DNA of 60,930 nt, counting the filler. It is 5 parts of 5 records of this genome, joined end to end, with 100 filler letters (N's around TTAATTAATTAA, not from the genome) between each part and the next. Parts side by side here need not be neighbours in the genome. Positions count along the whole stretch, not along the records: positions 1 to 16,010 come from SRR31156797_7643; positions 16,111 to 41,901 come from SRR31156797_7646; 3 more parts are not named here. One strand, written 5' to 3'. Below, piece by piece: positions 9,772 through 18,779 of the stretch. The notes under the pieces were generated by a model. That model made no database searches. It saw nothing but the letters and a program-made list of their open reading frames with translations, and was not told the DNA's origin. Both the position numbers and the translations under genes were made by a program. The first letter of the stretch is position 1. Each line of letters begins with the position of its first letter.

Positions 9772-11948
9772 AGCTCAGCCCCCAGGATGTCATCGTACTT
9801 GTTCCTGAGGCGATTAATCCGGGACAGGGAGGAGCTTGTCGACAGGATGTCCTCCTCAATATAGGGTATGATGTAGACGACGAACTCCGTATTCTCATAG
9901 TTCTCCTGTCTATTCTGGAAGAGGTATCCCAGAATGGGGATGGAACCAAGTACGGGAACCTTCTGAACCGTCTGGGTCAGCTCCTGCTGAAGGAGGCCTC
10001 CGATAACAATGGGCTTCCCCGCCGGAGTTCGTATATTGGTTTCTATTATCTTTTCCGAGGTGGGGGGCAGGGTTCCCACCTCATCGCTCTGGGCTGCCGA
10101 CTCCTGCCTGGAGATGGTGGTGGAGACCTTCATGGTAATCATGTCGTCCCCGCTGACCCAGCCGTTCAGATCGATGAAGAGACCCGAGGTGATCTCTCTG
10201 GAAACTCCCTTGACCTCTTCGTCTCCCGTATCCGTGTCTTTGACCGTGTCCCTGTAGCGATAGGTATTGGTATTGCGGAACCGGGCCTGTTCTCCCGAGA
10301 GGGCGTTCAGAGTGGAGTCGGCCATGATCTTGGCCTTTGACTGGCTTATATCCGTGTTCAGGTCCAAAGACCATTGGTAGCCGAAGGAGTTGGTGACATC
10401 GAAGGCTATATCCAGGGTCGCTCCGATCTTGCCCAGGTAGGAGGTTACGCCGTCGGCGGTTTTTACCGCGTTTCCCGACTCCGTATCCCAGTTGAACTTC
10501 TTGTTCTCGAAGTACTGAATCACCAGGATGTCGTAGCGGATCTGGGGGACGGGCCTGTCAATGGAAGAGAGCTCTCGCTGAAGCGCCCGGTATTTCGCCT
10601 CTTCCCCCTCGAAAAACAGAAGCCTGTCATCATTCGTGGTGACGATATCGTCCTTGGAAATGGAAGGCGGCAGGGCCTTGATAAACTCTTCGGCCTTGAT
10701 GTATTTCAGATCGATCTGGTACACGCTCTTGGGCTGATCGATCAGTTTGAGAAAGCGGGAGAACTCATCAACCTGATTCTCGGCGATATAGGCCACGATC
10801 CCGCTGGAATCGGGGATGTTGACGATCTCGATATTCTTAAATGACTCGGGCATCATGGACTGAAGCTTTTCCGGATCGACGAAGGATAGTTCATAGCGCG
10901 CATAACTCCTGGAGCCTATGTCATTATCCATCTTGGAGATAAAGGTCTGGACACGGTCTATATCATTGACCGATCCGTAGAGCAGGAGTGTCTTGGTCTT
11001 CCGATCCACCTTGATCGTCGTCTTTGCTGTGAGGGAAGGGGGAAGCAGCTGCATCAGGTCGTCAGGGTAGATATTCCTGAGTTTGATAATGCTCGATGTG
11101 TAATAATTCTCGACAATGCTCCGGCGCTGGGAATCAAATATATAGTAAGTCTCTCCGACTAATCTGAACTCAGAATCCCCCTGTTCCAGGATAATGGAAA
11201 GAATCTCTTCGAACGATTTGTCTTTGATATAGAGGTTCTCGATTATTCCGTTATTCTGTCCCAGGAAGATGAACTCCTTATCGCAGGAACGGAAATAGTT
11301 CATCAGAAGCTTTTTGAATCCTTCCTGGTCCACATTAATTGAGTAGGCCTCATCCTTTTTCGTTATCATCCCCTCGGGAATACTGTCAGACATGGCTGCG
11401 GAAGCCCCAGCCCTGGATTGGGGTTTGTATTTGATATAATAATAGCCGTCGAGAATCTCCAGAAAATAATCATCGTACTTTCTGATTACAATCTCCAGTA
11501 TTCTCTCTATAGGGAGGTCCTTAACATGCAGTGTGATAAGATCGGGAGGAAGGGCGTCGAACAGAATGGTCTTTCTGGAATCCTGAGACAGCTTTTTTAA
11601 AAAATGAATACTTGAAACCTCATCCGCATCTATGTTCAACAGACCGTCAGCGCTTGTTTCCAGATTGATTCTGGATAGAGATTTATGGTTGTCCATATCC
11701 CTGATATAGAGCCTGTTCTGTGTCAGGAAGATATCGATGGCTTCCTCGGCCGTGCCTCCGGAGAAGTAAAAGGTGGCAGATCCTTCTACCGTTTCATCCG
11801 GAATGATATTGATGCCGGCCGCCTTGGATAAAGCGAAGGCGATATCCCGTACGGGGCGGTTAATAAACTCCATCTCATCAATCTCCTGCGCCAGCAGGGA
11901 GGAGGAAAGGAATAGAAGGATTAAACTAAACAGGATAAATCGTTTCAT
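9768..11948 (-). CDS. gspD: Secretin (GspD/PilQ family)
   Basis: Signal peptide, repeated N-domains, C-terminal secretin motif IVIGGLL...KVPVLGSIPILGYLF...EFVVYIIPYI. Confidence 0.9.
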   Translation of the reverse strand: MKRFILFSLILLFLSSSLLAQEIDEMEFINRPVRDIAFALSKAAGINIIPDETVEGSATFYFSGGTAEEAIDIFLTQNRLYIRDMDNHKSLSRINLETSADGLLNIDADEVSSIHFLKKLSQDSRKTILFDALPPDLITLHVKDLPIERILEIVIRKYDDYFLEILDGYYYIKYKPQSRAGASAAMSDSIPEGMITKKDEAYSINVDQEGFKKLLMNYFRSCDKEFIFLGQNNGIIENLYIKDKSFEEILSIILEQGDSEFRLVGETYYIFDSQRRSIVENYYTSSIIKLRNIYPDDLMQLLPPSLTAKTTIKVDRKTKTLLLYGSVNDIDRVQTFISKMDNDIGSRSYARYELSFVDPEKLQSMMPESFKNIEIVNIPDSSGIVAYIAENQVDEFSRFLKLIDQPKSVYQIDLKYIKAEEFIKALPPSISKDDIVTTNDDRLLFFEGEEAKYRALQRELSSIDRPVPQIRYDILVIQYFENKKFNWDTESGNAVKTADGVTSYLGKIGATLDIAFDVTNSFGYQWSLDLNTDISQSKAKIMADSTLNALSGEQARFRNTNTYRYRDTVKDTDTGDEEVKGVSREITSGLFIDLNGWVSGDDMITMKVSTTISRQESAAQSDEVGTLPPTSEKIIETNIRTPAGKPIVIGGLLQQELTQTVQKVPVLGSIPILGYLFQNRQENYENTEFVVYIIPYIEEDILSTSSSLSRINRLRNKYDDILGAEL

Positions 11949-11957
11949 AATTACACC

Positions 11958-12377
11958 TTAAATACACTGATAGAGTATGGAACCTGCACAAAGGAACGGG
12001 CCGAATGGAATCTTCGCACTGCGGTCATACCGACCTGAAATATACATCACCAGAAAGAAGGACAGTCCCAGCAAAGACGCGTAAAGGTTGGTGAAATACC
12101 AACCTGCTATCCCGCTTATGCCACCCAGTGCAAGAGCTAACTTGACATCCCCCAACCCCAGGCGTCTTCCGGATATGAAGTAAATCAGGAGGTAGCTGGA
12201 AAATGCTACGGCTGAATGAAGGAGAAAGGGCAGTGGGAATCGCCCATAGTAAATAGTAAACGCAAGGGCCGATAAGGTCCACCCGCCAAGGCTTGTCCAG
12301 TTGGGAATCTTCCTATACCTGAGGTCGAAGTAGAAAACGGGAACGCTGATCAATGCAAGGAGGGATAATCTAAACAT
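11958..12377 (-). CDS. Prepilin peptidase (A24, short form without N-terminal Zn domain)
   Basis: DLRYRKIPN, LGLGDVKL, IPFGPFL motifs. Confidence 0.9.
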   Translation of the reverse strand: MFRLSLLALISVPVFYFDLRYRKIPNWTSLGGWTLSALAFTIYYGRFPLPFLLHSAVAFSSYLLIYFISGRRLGLGDVKLALALGGISGIAGWYFTNLYASLLGLSFFLVMYISGRYDRSAKIPFGPFLCAGSILYQCI

Positions 12378-13395
12378 CAGCTTCCCGTCCCTTTATCGAT
12401 TTAGATACGATTTGGATGGTACCGGGGAACTCATCCTCTTCGATGGGGGGGATCCGGCAAAACAGATACTCCCATGTTTTGTCCTTTCCCTCTATCTCCA
12501 GCTTCCAGAACCAGCTTATGGTTCCCAGGTACTTTAACAGTTCGTTTTTGATCTCCTGATCGCACTCCAGTAGGGATTCCAAGGTCTCGCTGTTGATCTC
12601 AGACCGGCTGCGGGCATTAATGATATTGTTCTTTATGATATGGGCATTGCCCAGAGGCTGCCCCAGCCAGGGATAGTTCAGGATGGCGTCCAGCACTGCG
12701 GGATCACAAAAATTCACATTGATCTGGGGTGCCGCCGTGAGCAAAAGAGAGTAGGGCCGCTTATCTCTGACCAGGAGGGTATTGAGCTCTGATTGGGGAA
12801 TCTTCTCTCCGCTTTCGTTGTAAGTGTTTATCTTCTCCGTAATGCTTTGCACCTTCCCGGGATCATAATCATTCTGACTGAGATAGGCTTCGATCACCTC
12901 TTCCGGGCAGGTTCTTACATTGAGATAGCTGTACAAGGTGTAGATCGAATCCCAGTGTTCTTCAGGGAAATAGGAGTATATCGAGTCGGCGGCGTCTGCA
13001 AATCTATCGACCCTTTCCGTTGCCCATTGTTCTGATAATGAGACATCGGCCATTTTATCTTGCAAGCTTGTCTTCTTCCAAAGGTCCAGGGAGTCGAAAT
13101 TCGGATTGATACGGCTGGAACACTCGGCCAGCGAATATTCGTAGTCCGCATCGGAGAGAGATTCCAGATGATCCCATATGCCATCGTATTCGGAATCCGC
13201 CTCGGTCTCATTCAGCAGCGCTTCCATTACTGATACTGCCTTTGCATAGAGATGCTCGTCTTCCTTCACCTTTGCATCCAGCTTCTCCAACTCCCTGTTG
13301 GCACTTAAAACGAAAGTCGATCCCAGAATGATAAGAGTGGAGATAAACAAGAGAAGGCAGATCGTCGTAAAACTGATGTATCCGTCACTCCGCAT
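12370..13395 (-). CDS. GspK-like minor pseudopilin
   Basis: MRSDG|YISF prepilin-like N-terminus without E5; SRINPN and QINVN motifs; large size. Confidence 0.7.
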   Translation of the reverse strand: MRSDGYISFTTICLLLFISTLIILGSTFVLSANRELEKLDAKVKEDEHLYAKAVSVMEALLNETEADSEYDGIWDHLESLSDADYEYSLAECSSRINPNFDSLDLWKKTSLQDKMADVSLSEQWATERVDRFADAADSIYSYFPEEHWDSIYTLYSYLNVRTCPEEVIEAYLSQNDYDPGKVQSITEKINTYNESGEKIPQSELNTLLVRDKRPYSLLLTAAPQINVNFCDPAVLDAILNYPWLGQPLGNAHIIKNNIINARSRSEINSETLESLLECDQEIKNELLKYLGTISWFWKLEIEGKDKTWEYLFCRIPPIEEDEFPGTIQIVSKSIKGREADV

Positions 13396-13867
13396 GGCCG
13401 ATCACACAGCTCCCCAGAGTCAAGCTTGTTTTAATATCTGTATGAACAGTGTTCAGATTAAGGACGTAGGTGGAAGGGGAATCCCCTTTATCCAGACTGA
13501 AAGACTTCAATGAGGGAATCCTGTATCTACTGATCCGTTCGCCCTCCTGAATCATCACTTCATCTTTCCTGACCGAGATCTTATAGTCAGGCGTCTCATC
13601 AAATGAGGATTGAATCTCATAAGCTCTCTCTCCATTCGACCGGACTTCCAGTCCGGGCTGCCATGGCTTCCATTGCATCGATCCGAAATCGCTTTCGAGC
13701 CTATGAACCAGACGGATCAACTGGGCGTTCTCATGGGAACGCTGCCATAGGGCTACAGCCTTTTTCTGGTTACTCTGCAAGAGAGGGAAAAGGATTGAGA
13801 GTATAAGACTTAAGATTAAAATGCCGACAATCGTTTCGGCATAGGTGAATCCGTCATTCCTCTTCAT
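13385..13867 (-). CDS. Minor pseudopilin (GspJ-like)
   Basis: MKRNDG|FTYAE type III signal followed by a hydrophobic helix. Confidence 0.75.
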   Translation of the reverse strand: MKRNDGFTYAETIVGILILSLILSILFPLLQSNQKKAVALWQRSHENAQLIRLVHRLESDFGSMQWKPWQPGLEVRSNGERAYEIQSSFDETPDYKISVRKDEVMIQEGERISRYRIPSLKSFSLDKGDSPSTYVLNLNTVHTDIKTSLTLGSCVIGHAE

Positions 13868-14060
13868 GTGTGAAAATCCATCCGGACTGGTTGTTTAACG
13901 ATTCCGAGATAGAGCTCAAAATTGAGCTCTGCTTGTCATGTGAGCGATAGATCTGATGGAATGCCAGCATAAAAGGTCCCATTGTCAATGAGATAAGCAA
14001 TAAGGTTATCAGAACATCCAGAAGGATCGAACCTTCTTCAGCCTTCCCATGATTTGACAT
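13854..14060 (-). CDS. Short minor pseudopilin (GspI-like)
   Basis: Likely start MSNHGKAEEG|SILLDVLITLLLIS; overlaps both neighbours. Confidence 0.6.
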   Translation of the reverse strand: MSNHGKAEEGSILLDVLITLLLISLTMGPFMLAFHQIYRSHDKQSSILSSISESLNNQSGWIFTHEEE

Positions 14061-14487
14061 CTTGCGCATTTCCCTCACCGCCGGCAAAGCCGTCGGAGCC
14101 GTAGGATTCGATAGAGTAGGGCAAGCCGGATTCTCCGGGAATCTCATAGATATACTCATTGCCCCAGGGATCTTCGAAATCGTTCTTATTGACGTAAGGT
14201 CCTATCCAGTTTTCCGGTACGGGCTCTATGTGGGGCTTCTGCCAAAGAGACTTCAGACCCTGATCTGAGGAAGGGTACTTGCCGTTGTCCAGGTAATAAC
14301 TGTCCAACGCCATGCTGAGGGCCTGAATCTCGCTTCTTGCCGAGACCACTTTGGCCCTTTCCAGGTACTTCATTCCCATAAATCCGACGCTTCCTGTCAG
14401 GATAACTACAATTCCTATTACTATAAGGGTTTCTACGAAAGTCCAGCCTTCTTCATTGTGCATTAGTTTATTTATGAATTTTATCAT
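14038..14487 (-). CDS. gspG: Major pseudopilin GspG
   Basis: EEG|WTFVE; ALDSYYLDNGKYPSSDQGLKSL...WIGPY..DPWGNEYIY..SYGSDG. Start at 14487 or 14463. Confidence 0.92.
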   Translation of the reverse strand: MIKFINKLMHNEEGWTFVETLIVIGIVVILTGSVGFMGMKYLERAKVVSARSEIQALSMALDSYYLDNGKYPSSDQGLKSLWQKPHIEPVPENWIGPYVNKNDFEDPWGNEYIYEIPGESGLPYSIESYGSDGFAGGEGNAQDVKSWEG

Positions 14488-14691
14488 AAGTGGGATAGTA
14501 AGTGAGAAATAGCAAACTGTAAAGTACTTTTGAGCGATTGTGGCACGTATGTTCAGAAATGTTATTCCCAAAATACCGGAATCAGGCATCTTTTATTTAA
14601 TATTGACTAAGTATTTTAATAATACGGTTAATTCCTTTGATAAGTGATCCATCGACAGTTTAAGTCCAGTATGAGATGCAAGAGATTGGTA

Positions 14692-14720
14692 TTGTTCACG
14701 TTTTCGCATTTGACTATAAT
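14692..14720 (+). promoter_or_regulatory. Sigma70-type promoter of the matrixin gene
   Basis: TTGTTC-17 nt-TATAAT, ending 6 nt before ATG 14727. Confidence 0.5.
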
Positions 14721-14726
14721 CTATCA

Positions 14727-15281
14727 ATGCCAAAAATCATCTTTATTGCTATTACTTTCTTCTTAGTTATCAGTTGTCAAGAATACGATACCTATCATTG
14801 GGTAGATAGGGAGATTCACTATTATATTAACAGGGAAGCAAATCAGAGTACCGTTGACGCTGTAAAAGCTGGTTTTTTGATTTGGGAGAAGGAAATTGAT
14901 AAAAGATTTGTATATTCAGGGATCAATAAGGCCGGAATCAGGCGTGATGGAAAATCAACCGTTTCCTTTTTAGTTAAATGGCCTTCAAGTCTACCCTTTC
15001 ACCATGTCGCATACTGTAAAAACTGGTATAGAAAAGACAGGATAGTCGAGAGTGATATCATCTTTAATATGGAGTTGGTGAAATTTACAACTTTAAAAAC
15101 TCATAAACCAGATTCTTACTATATTGAAGGTGTCTTGATTCATGAGATCGGACATTTGCTTGGATTAGGGCATATTGATAATGAACATTCCGTAATGTAT
15201 CCGGATTTTTCTATCGAAGCCTCAAGGCGAATATTGATTGACAGTTTTACACTAAACGAATATTATCGTTTGCATCATTGA
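14727..15281 (+). CDS. Matrixin-family (M10) zinc metalloprotease lipoprotein
   Basis: FLVISC lipobox; ESDIIFN; HEIGHLLGLGH; Met-turn SVMYP. Confidence 0.88.
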   Translation: MPKIIFIAITFFLVISCQEYDTYHWVDREIHYYINREANQSTVDAVKAGFLIWEKEIDKRFVYSGINKAGIRRDGKSTVSFLVKWPSSLPFHHVAYCKNWYRKDRIVESDIIFNMELVKFTTLKTHKPDSYYIEGVLIHEIGHLLGLGHIDNEHSVMYPDFSIEASRRILIDSFTLNEYYRLHH

Positions 15282-15295
15282 AAGAGGTTAAGGAA

Positions 15296-15826
15296 ATGAA
15301 TGAAAAAATAATCTCAGTTTTACTTTTGGTTGTCATTGTTATTTTCGGATGCAGAGATGCTTCAGGCGGTGCTGGAGCCGATACCGATATGTCAGGATAC
15401 TACTCTAAAACCGAAGTGAACGAACTGATCTCCAATCTAGAAGTTGAGATTGAGAATAATAAGACTTCGGTTATCGGAGCAACTATGACTTGGGAACCTG
15501 GAGGAATTTTTTACTATCCCTTGTTTAGCAAAAGCGATGGATTCAACGAAGAGGCGAGGGCGCAGGTGGCCATGCCTAGTAGTGGTAAAATTAGAAACGT
15601 CACTTTTAATGCTGGAGCTAATACTCTTGCAAGTTCCGCTACTATGAAGGTTCGTAAAAACGGTTCTGATACGGGTATCTCTATTACTATAGGCGCAGGT
15701 GGTACTGGTGTGTTTTCAAGCAGCGGCAGCGTGTCTTTCGATAAAGAGGATTTGATCAGTTTCAGTATAGATTCTGCCTCGGGAACAGGTATACTGTATG
15801 CCACTATTTCGATGATTTTCGAGTAA
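15296..15826 (+). CDS. Hypothetical lipoprotein
   Basis: AAGGA RBS; VIFGC lipobox; YYSKTEV, short coiled coil, beta-rich C-domain. Confidence 0.7.
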   Translation: MNEKIISVLLLVVIVIFGCRDASGGAGADTDMSGYYSKTEVNELISNLEVEIENNKTSVIGATMTWEPGGIFYYPLFSKSDGFNEEARAQVAMPSSGKIRNVTFNAGANTLASSATMKVRKNGSDTGISITIGAGGTGVFSSSGSVSFDKEDLISFSIDSASGTGILYATISMIFE

Positions 15827-15852
15827 TATATAATCTCTATTGAAGTTTTGAG

Positions 15853-15873
15853 ACCGCCTTGTAAAAGGCGGTT
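15853..15873 (+). terminator. Probable intrinsic terminator
   Basis: ACCGCCTT/AAGGCGGT hairpin followed by an AT-rich tail. Confidence 0.5.
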
Positions 15874-16010
15874 ATATTATATGTTTGCGTTTTCAAATCT
15901 TACCGTTGTTCATTGTTACTCAATACGATAATTATATTATCCCAGCTTTGTTCTTCTCTCCAAACGTGGTATTTTTATATTATGACTATCATCCATTTCA
16001 GCCCCACCCA

Positions 16011-16110
16011 NNNNNNNNNNNNNNNNNNNNNNNNNNNNNNNNNNNNNNNNNNNNTTAATTAATTAANNNNNNNNNNNNNNNNNNNNNNNNNNNNNNNNNN
16101 NNNNNNNNNN
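16011..16110. other. Artificial contig spacer
   Basis: N-run containing TTAATTAATTAA (stops in all frames). Confidence 0.99.
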
Positions 16111-16127
16111 CTAAGCCCCTTTGGAAT
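16111..16127 (+). repeat. 17-nt sequence also present at the contig end (41885-41901)
   Basis: CTAAGCCCCTTTGGAAT at both termini of contig 2. Confidence 0.9.
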
Positions 16128-16200
16128 CCCTATTAGTTTAGGCTTATTCAATATTTCAACCCGAAGTAGAGGCAACCTCGGGCTATATAAGGCAGATACA

Positions 16201-17133
16201 ATGAGTTCTCTTCTTGATAAAAAACAGACCGGCATAGTTTTCAGCGTCCAGAAATATTCCGTTCACGACGGTCCCGGAATCAGGACTCTCGTGTTCCTTA
16301 AAGGATGCCCTTTAAACTGTGCATGGTGTTCCAACCCCGAATCCCAGAATTTCCAGCCCGAACTGGCCTACAACCGCAACAAGTGTCTTGGTATCGACAA
16401 GTGTACCCGGTGCGTGGACCATTGTTCATCCGGCGCAATCACCTTCGGCGAAGATGAAAAAATCGATCTCGATCACGATCTAGCCAAAAACGAACTGCAT
16501 CTTGCCAAAGCCTGCCCCAATGAAGCCATCATTGTTTACGGTGAAGAGCAAAGCGTGGATAAGGTGCTCAAACGCGTTGAAGAAGATGAAATGTTCTACG
16601 TCCGTTCCGGCGGAGGCATGACCCTTTCCGGCGGGGAACCATTTGCTCAGCCCGACTACGCCCTTGCCTTGCTTCGTGAAGCACGCCGCCGCCATATCAA
16701 CACTGCGGTTGAAACCTGCGGTGCCGCCGCATGGGAAACCTTTGAATCCTGTCTGCCCTACGTGAACACCCTCATGTTCGACATCAAGTCCATGGACAGT
16801 GACAAACATAAGGAATTCACCGAACACTCCAACAAGACGATCCTCGATAACCTCAAGAAGATCAAAGAGCATTTCCCCAAACTCAAGATCAGGGTCCGTA
16901 CCCCCATCATTCCCGGCTTCAATGACAGCGAAAAGGATGTCATGGACATCATCAACTTCATCTCTGAACTTCCAGGCGAGAAATGTGAATATGAAGCCCT
17001 TGAATACCACCGCATGGGCCAGCCCAAGTATGAGAACTTAGGCCGAGATTTTCCGCTTGATGCTTCCACTCAGCTAAATGGAGAAATCTTCGCCAAGATC
17101 AAAGGATTGGTAGACAAATACAATAATTTTTAA
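16201..17133 (+). CDS. Glycyl-radical enzyme activating enzyme (radical SAM), IslB/HpsH-like
   Basis: HDGPGIRT..FLKGCPLNCAWCSNPESQ; ferredoxin insert; SGGGMTLSGGEP; RTPIIPGFND. The resemblance to isethionate sulfite-lyase activases is from recall. Confidence 0.92.
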   Translation: MSSLLDKKQTGIVFSVQKYSVHDGPGIRTLVFLKGCPLNCAWCSNPESQNFQPELAYNRNKCLGIDKCTRCVDHCSSGAITFGEDEKIDLDHDLAKNELHLAKACPNEAIIVYGEEQSVDKVLKRVEEDEMFYVRSGGGMTLSGGEPFAQPDYALALLREARRRHINTAVETCGAAAWETFESCLPYVNTLMFDIKSMDSDKHKEFTEHSNKTILDNLKKIKEHFPKLKIRVRTPIIPGFNDSEKDVMDIINFISELPGEKCEYEALEYHRMGQPKYENLGRDFPLDASTQLNGEIFAKIKGLVDKYNNF

Positions 17134-17351
17134 CCCGTGGTTTAATGGGAGCGGATGTGTGTGGTTTGTGGATTTGAGTGCAATCGAATCATCTTTGGCT
17201 GCATCCGTTCCCGTTTAATATCGGCTGACCGCCATCTCCGGTTACGTACGGGTTAGTCTTTCCACTCTGCAGCACCACGGGATGTTCCCGTAACGATCCC
17301 TTCACACTCCCTGTTACCGGGAGCATCCCGAGCAGAGCAATTAAGGTCGGC

Positions 17352-17402
17352 AAACCAAAAATCCCCCCGCAGATTTAACTCTGCGGGGGGATTTTTGGTT
17401 TT
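17352..17402. terminator. Bidirectional intrinsic terminator
   Basis: AAACCAAAAATCCCCCCGCAG-loop-CTGCGGGGGGATTTTTGGTTT between convergent genes. Confidence 0.85.
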
Positions 17403-17425
17403 AGGCGAAACTATGCAACTCAAAT

Positions 17426-18619
17426 CTATTCATCATCAGGCCTCACAAAATTCTCAGCAACCACTCCGGGAACAGACTCGACATAAATAGACTGCGAAGG
17501 AAAAGCGAAACCTGTTCCGGCTTCAACTTCAACAATCTCTTTAATGCGATAGGCCAGATCTTCCCTTATTTTCAACCAATCCATCCAGTTGGTGGTCTTG
17601 GTGAATGCGTAAAGCTGAAAATCGATGGAAGAATCTCCGAACTGAACCACACGCATAAAAGTGGAAACTTCCGGCGGGTGCGCGTAATCATCATTGCTCA
17701 GAATATATTCCATGACCCGCTCTTGTATAAGCTTAAGCTGCTCCGTTGTTGTGCTGTATTCCACCCCGATACTCCACAAAATACGCCTGTGAGTCATCTT
17801 GGTAAAATTGATCAGGCAGTTATCAGAAAGAGTCGAGTTCGGAACATATACAGGAGCTTTATCAAAACGGCGGATGCGAGTGGAACGGAACCCGATAAAC
17901 TCAACGGTTCCATCAACTTTGCCATCAACCGTTACCCAGTCGCCGACATCAAAGCGACTTTCGGCAATGATGGAAATTCCGGCAATAATATTCTGAAAAA
18001 GGTCCTTGGCACCCAGAGCAACAGCCACACTGAAAAGTCCAAGACCTGTGAGAATAGGTCCGATATCGATACCAAAAAGCTCAAGTATGCTCGCCACACC
18101 CATCAGGACAACGAGGAACTTAACCATCTTGATCAGCCAGTCCACAAGAGACGGAGTCAGCACTTTCTCAAGTTTACGGAAAATTTTAGTGGCCACAGAA
18201 ACAAGATTGAAAGCGGACCAGAAAATCACGAACAGAATTAATGCCTTAACAATGGTATTCGTAAACTTTTCCACAGGCAGCGGTAAATCAAGACATTGAT
18301 CCGCAAAAAACAAACCCAGCACAACCGGAATAAAACGGATGGGTTCAGCAAGGGCTTTGAGAACACTGCCGCCGCCTTGGGTCTCGTGTTTTTCCAAGAT
18401 GTTCTGCAAACGGTTCATGGTGAATTTTGTGATAAACCGGCGCAGAATTATGAAGAAAAGAAATACCCCGACAGCCTGCCCAATATTGATCAGGCTCACG
18501 CCCGGTATACCGTTTTGCCAGACATCAAGCCCGAGATCTTTAACATGATCAAACCAGTCGAATACCGTTGAATGTTCAACTTCAACAGCTTGAGTTGCAT
18601 TTTGAGTCGCATTGTCCAT
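17426..18619 (-). CDS. MscS-family mechanosensitive channel (YnaI-like)
   Basis: AVALGAKDLFQNIIAG, FDVGDWV, GTVEFIGFRSTRIR, VPNS, FAFPSQ. Confidence 0.92.
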   Translation of the reverse strand: MDNATQNATQAVEVEHSTVFDWFDHVKDLGLDVWQNGIPGVSLINIGQAVGVFLFFIILRRFITKFTMNRLQNILEKHETQGGGSVLKALAEPIRFIPVVLGLFFADQCLDLPLPVEKFTNTIVKALILFVIFWSAFNLVSVATKIFRKLEKVLTPSLVDWLIKMVKFLVVLMGVASILELFGIDIGPILTGLGLFSVAVALGAKDLFQNIIAGISIIAESRFDVGDWVTVDGKVDGTVEFIGFRSTRIRRFDKAPVYVPNSTLSDNCLINFTKMTHRRILWSIGVEYSTTTEQLKLIQERVMEYILSNDDYAHPPEVSTFMRVVQFGDSSIDFQLYAFTKTTNWMDWLKIREDLAYRIKEIVEVEAGTGFAFPSQSIYVESVPGVVAENFVRPDDE

Positions 18620-18779
18620 AAATGGTCCCACCTTAAAATTTAGAGTAAGAATACTACCAGACCTTAGCAAAGATTATGCACCTGTCAATGCAACACGATT
18701 CTTTTTCACTTATAAAAAATTAAGGGCTTGCGAAACCTCACAAGCCCTTAATCAATCATTATAAGAATCTACTCCCTCT

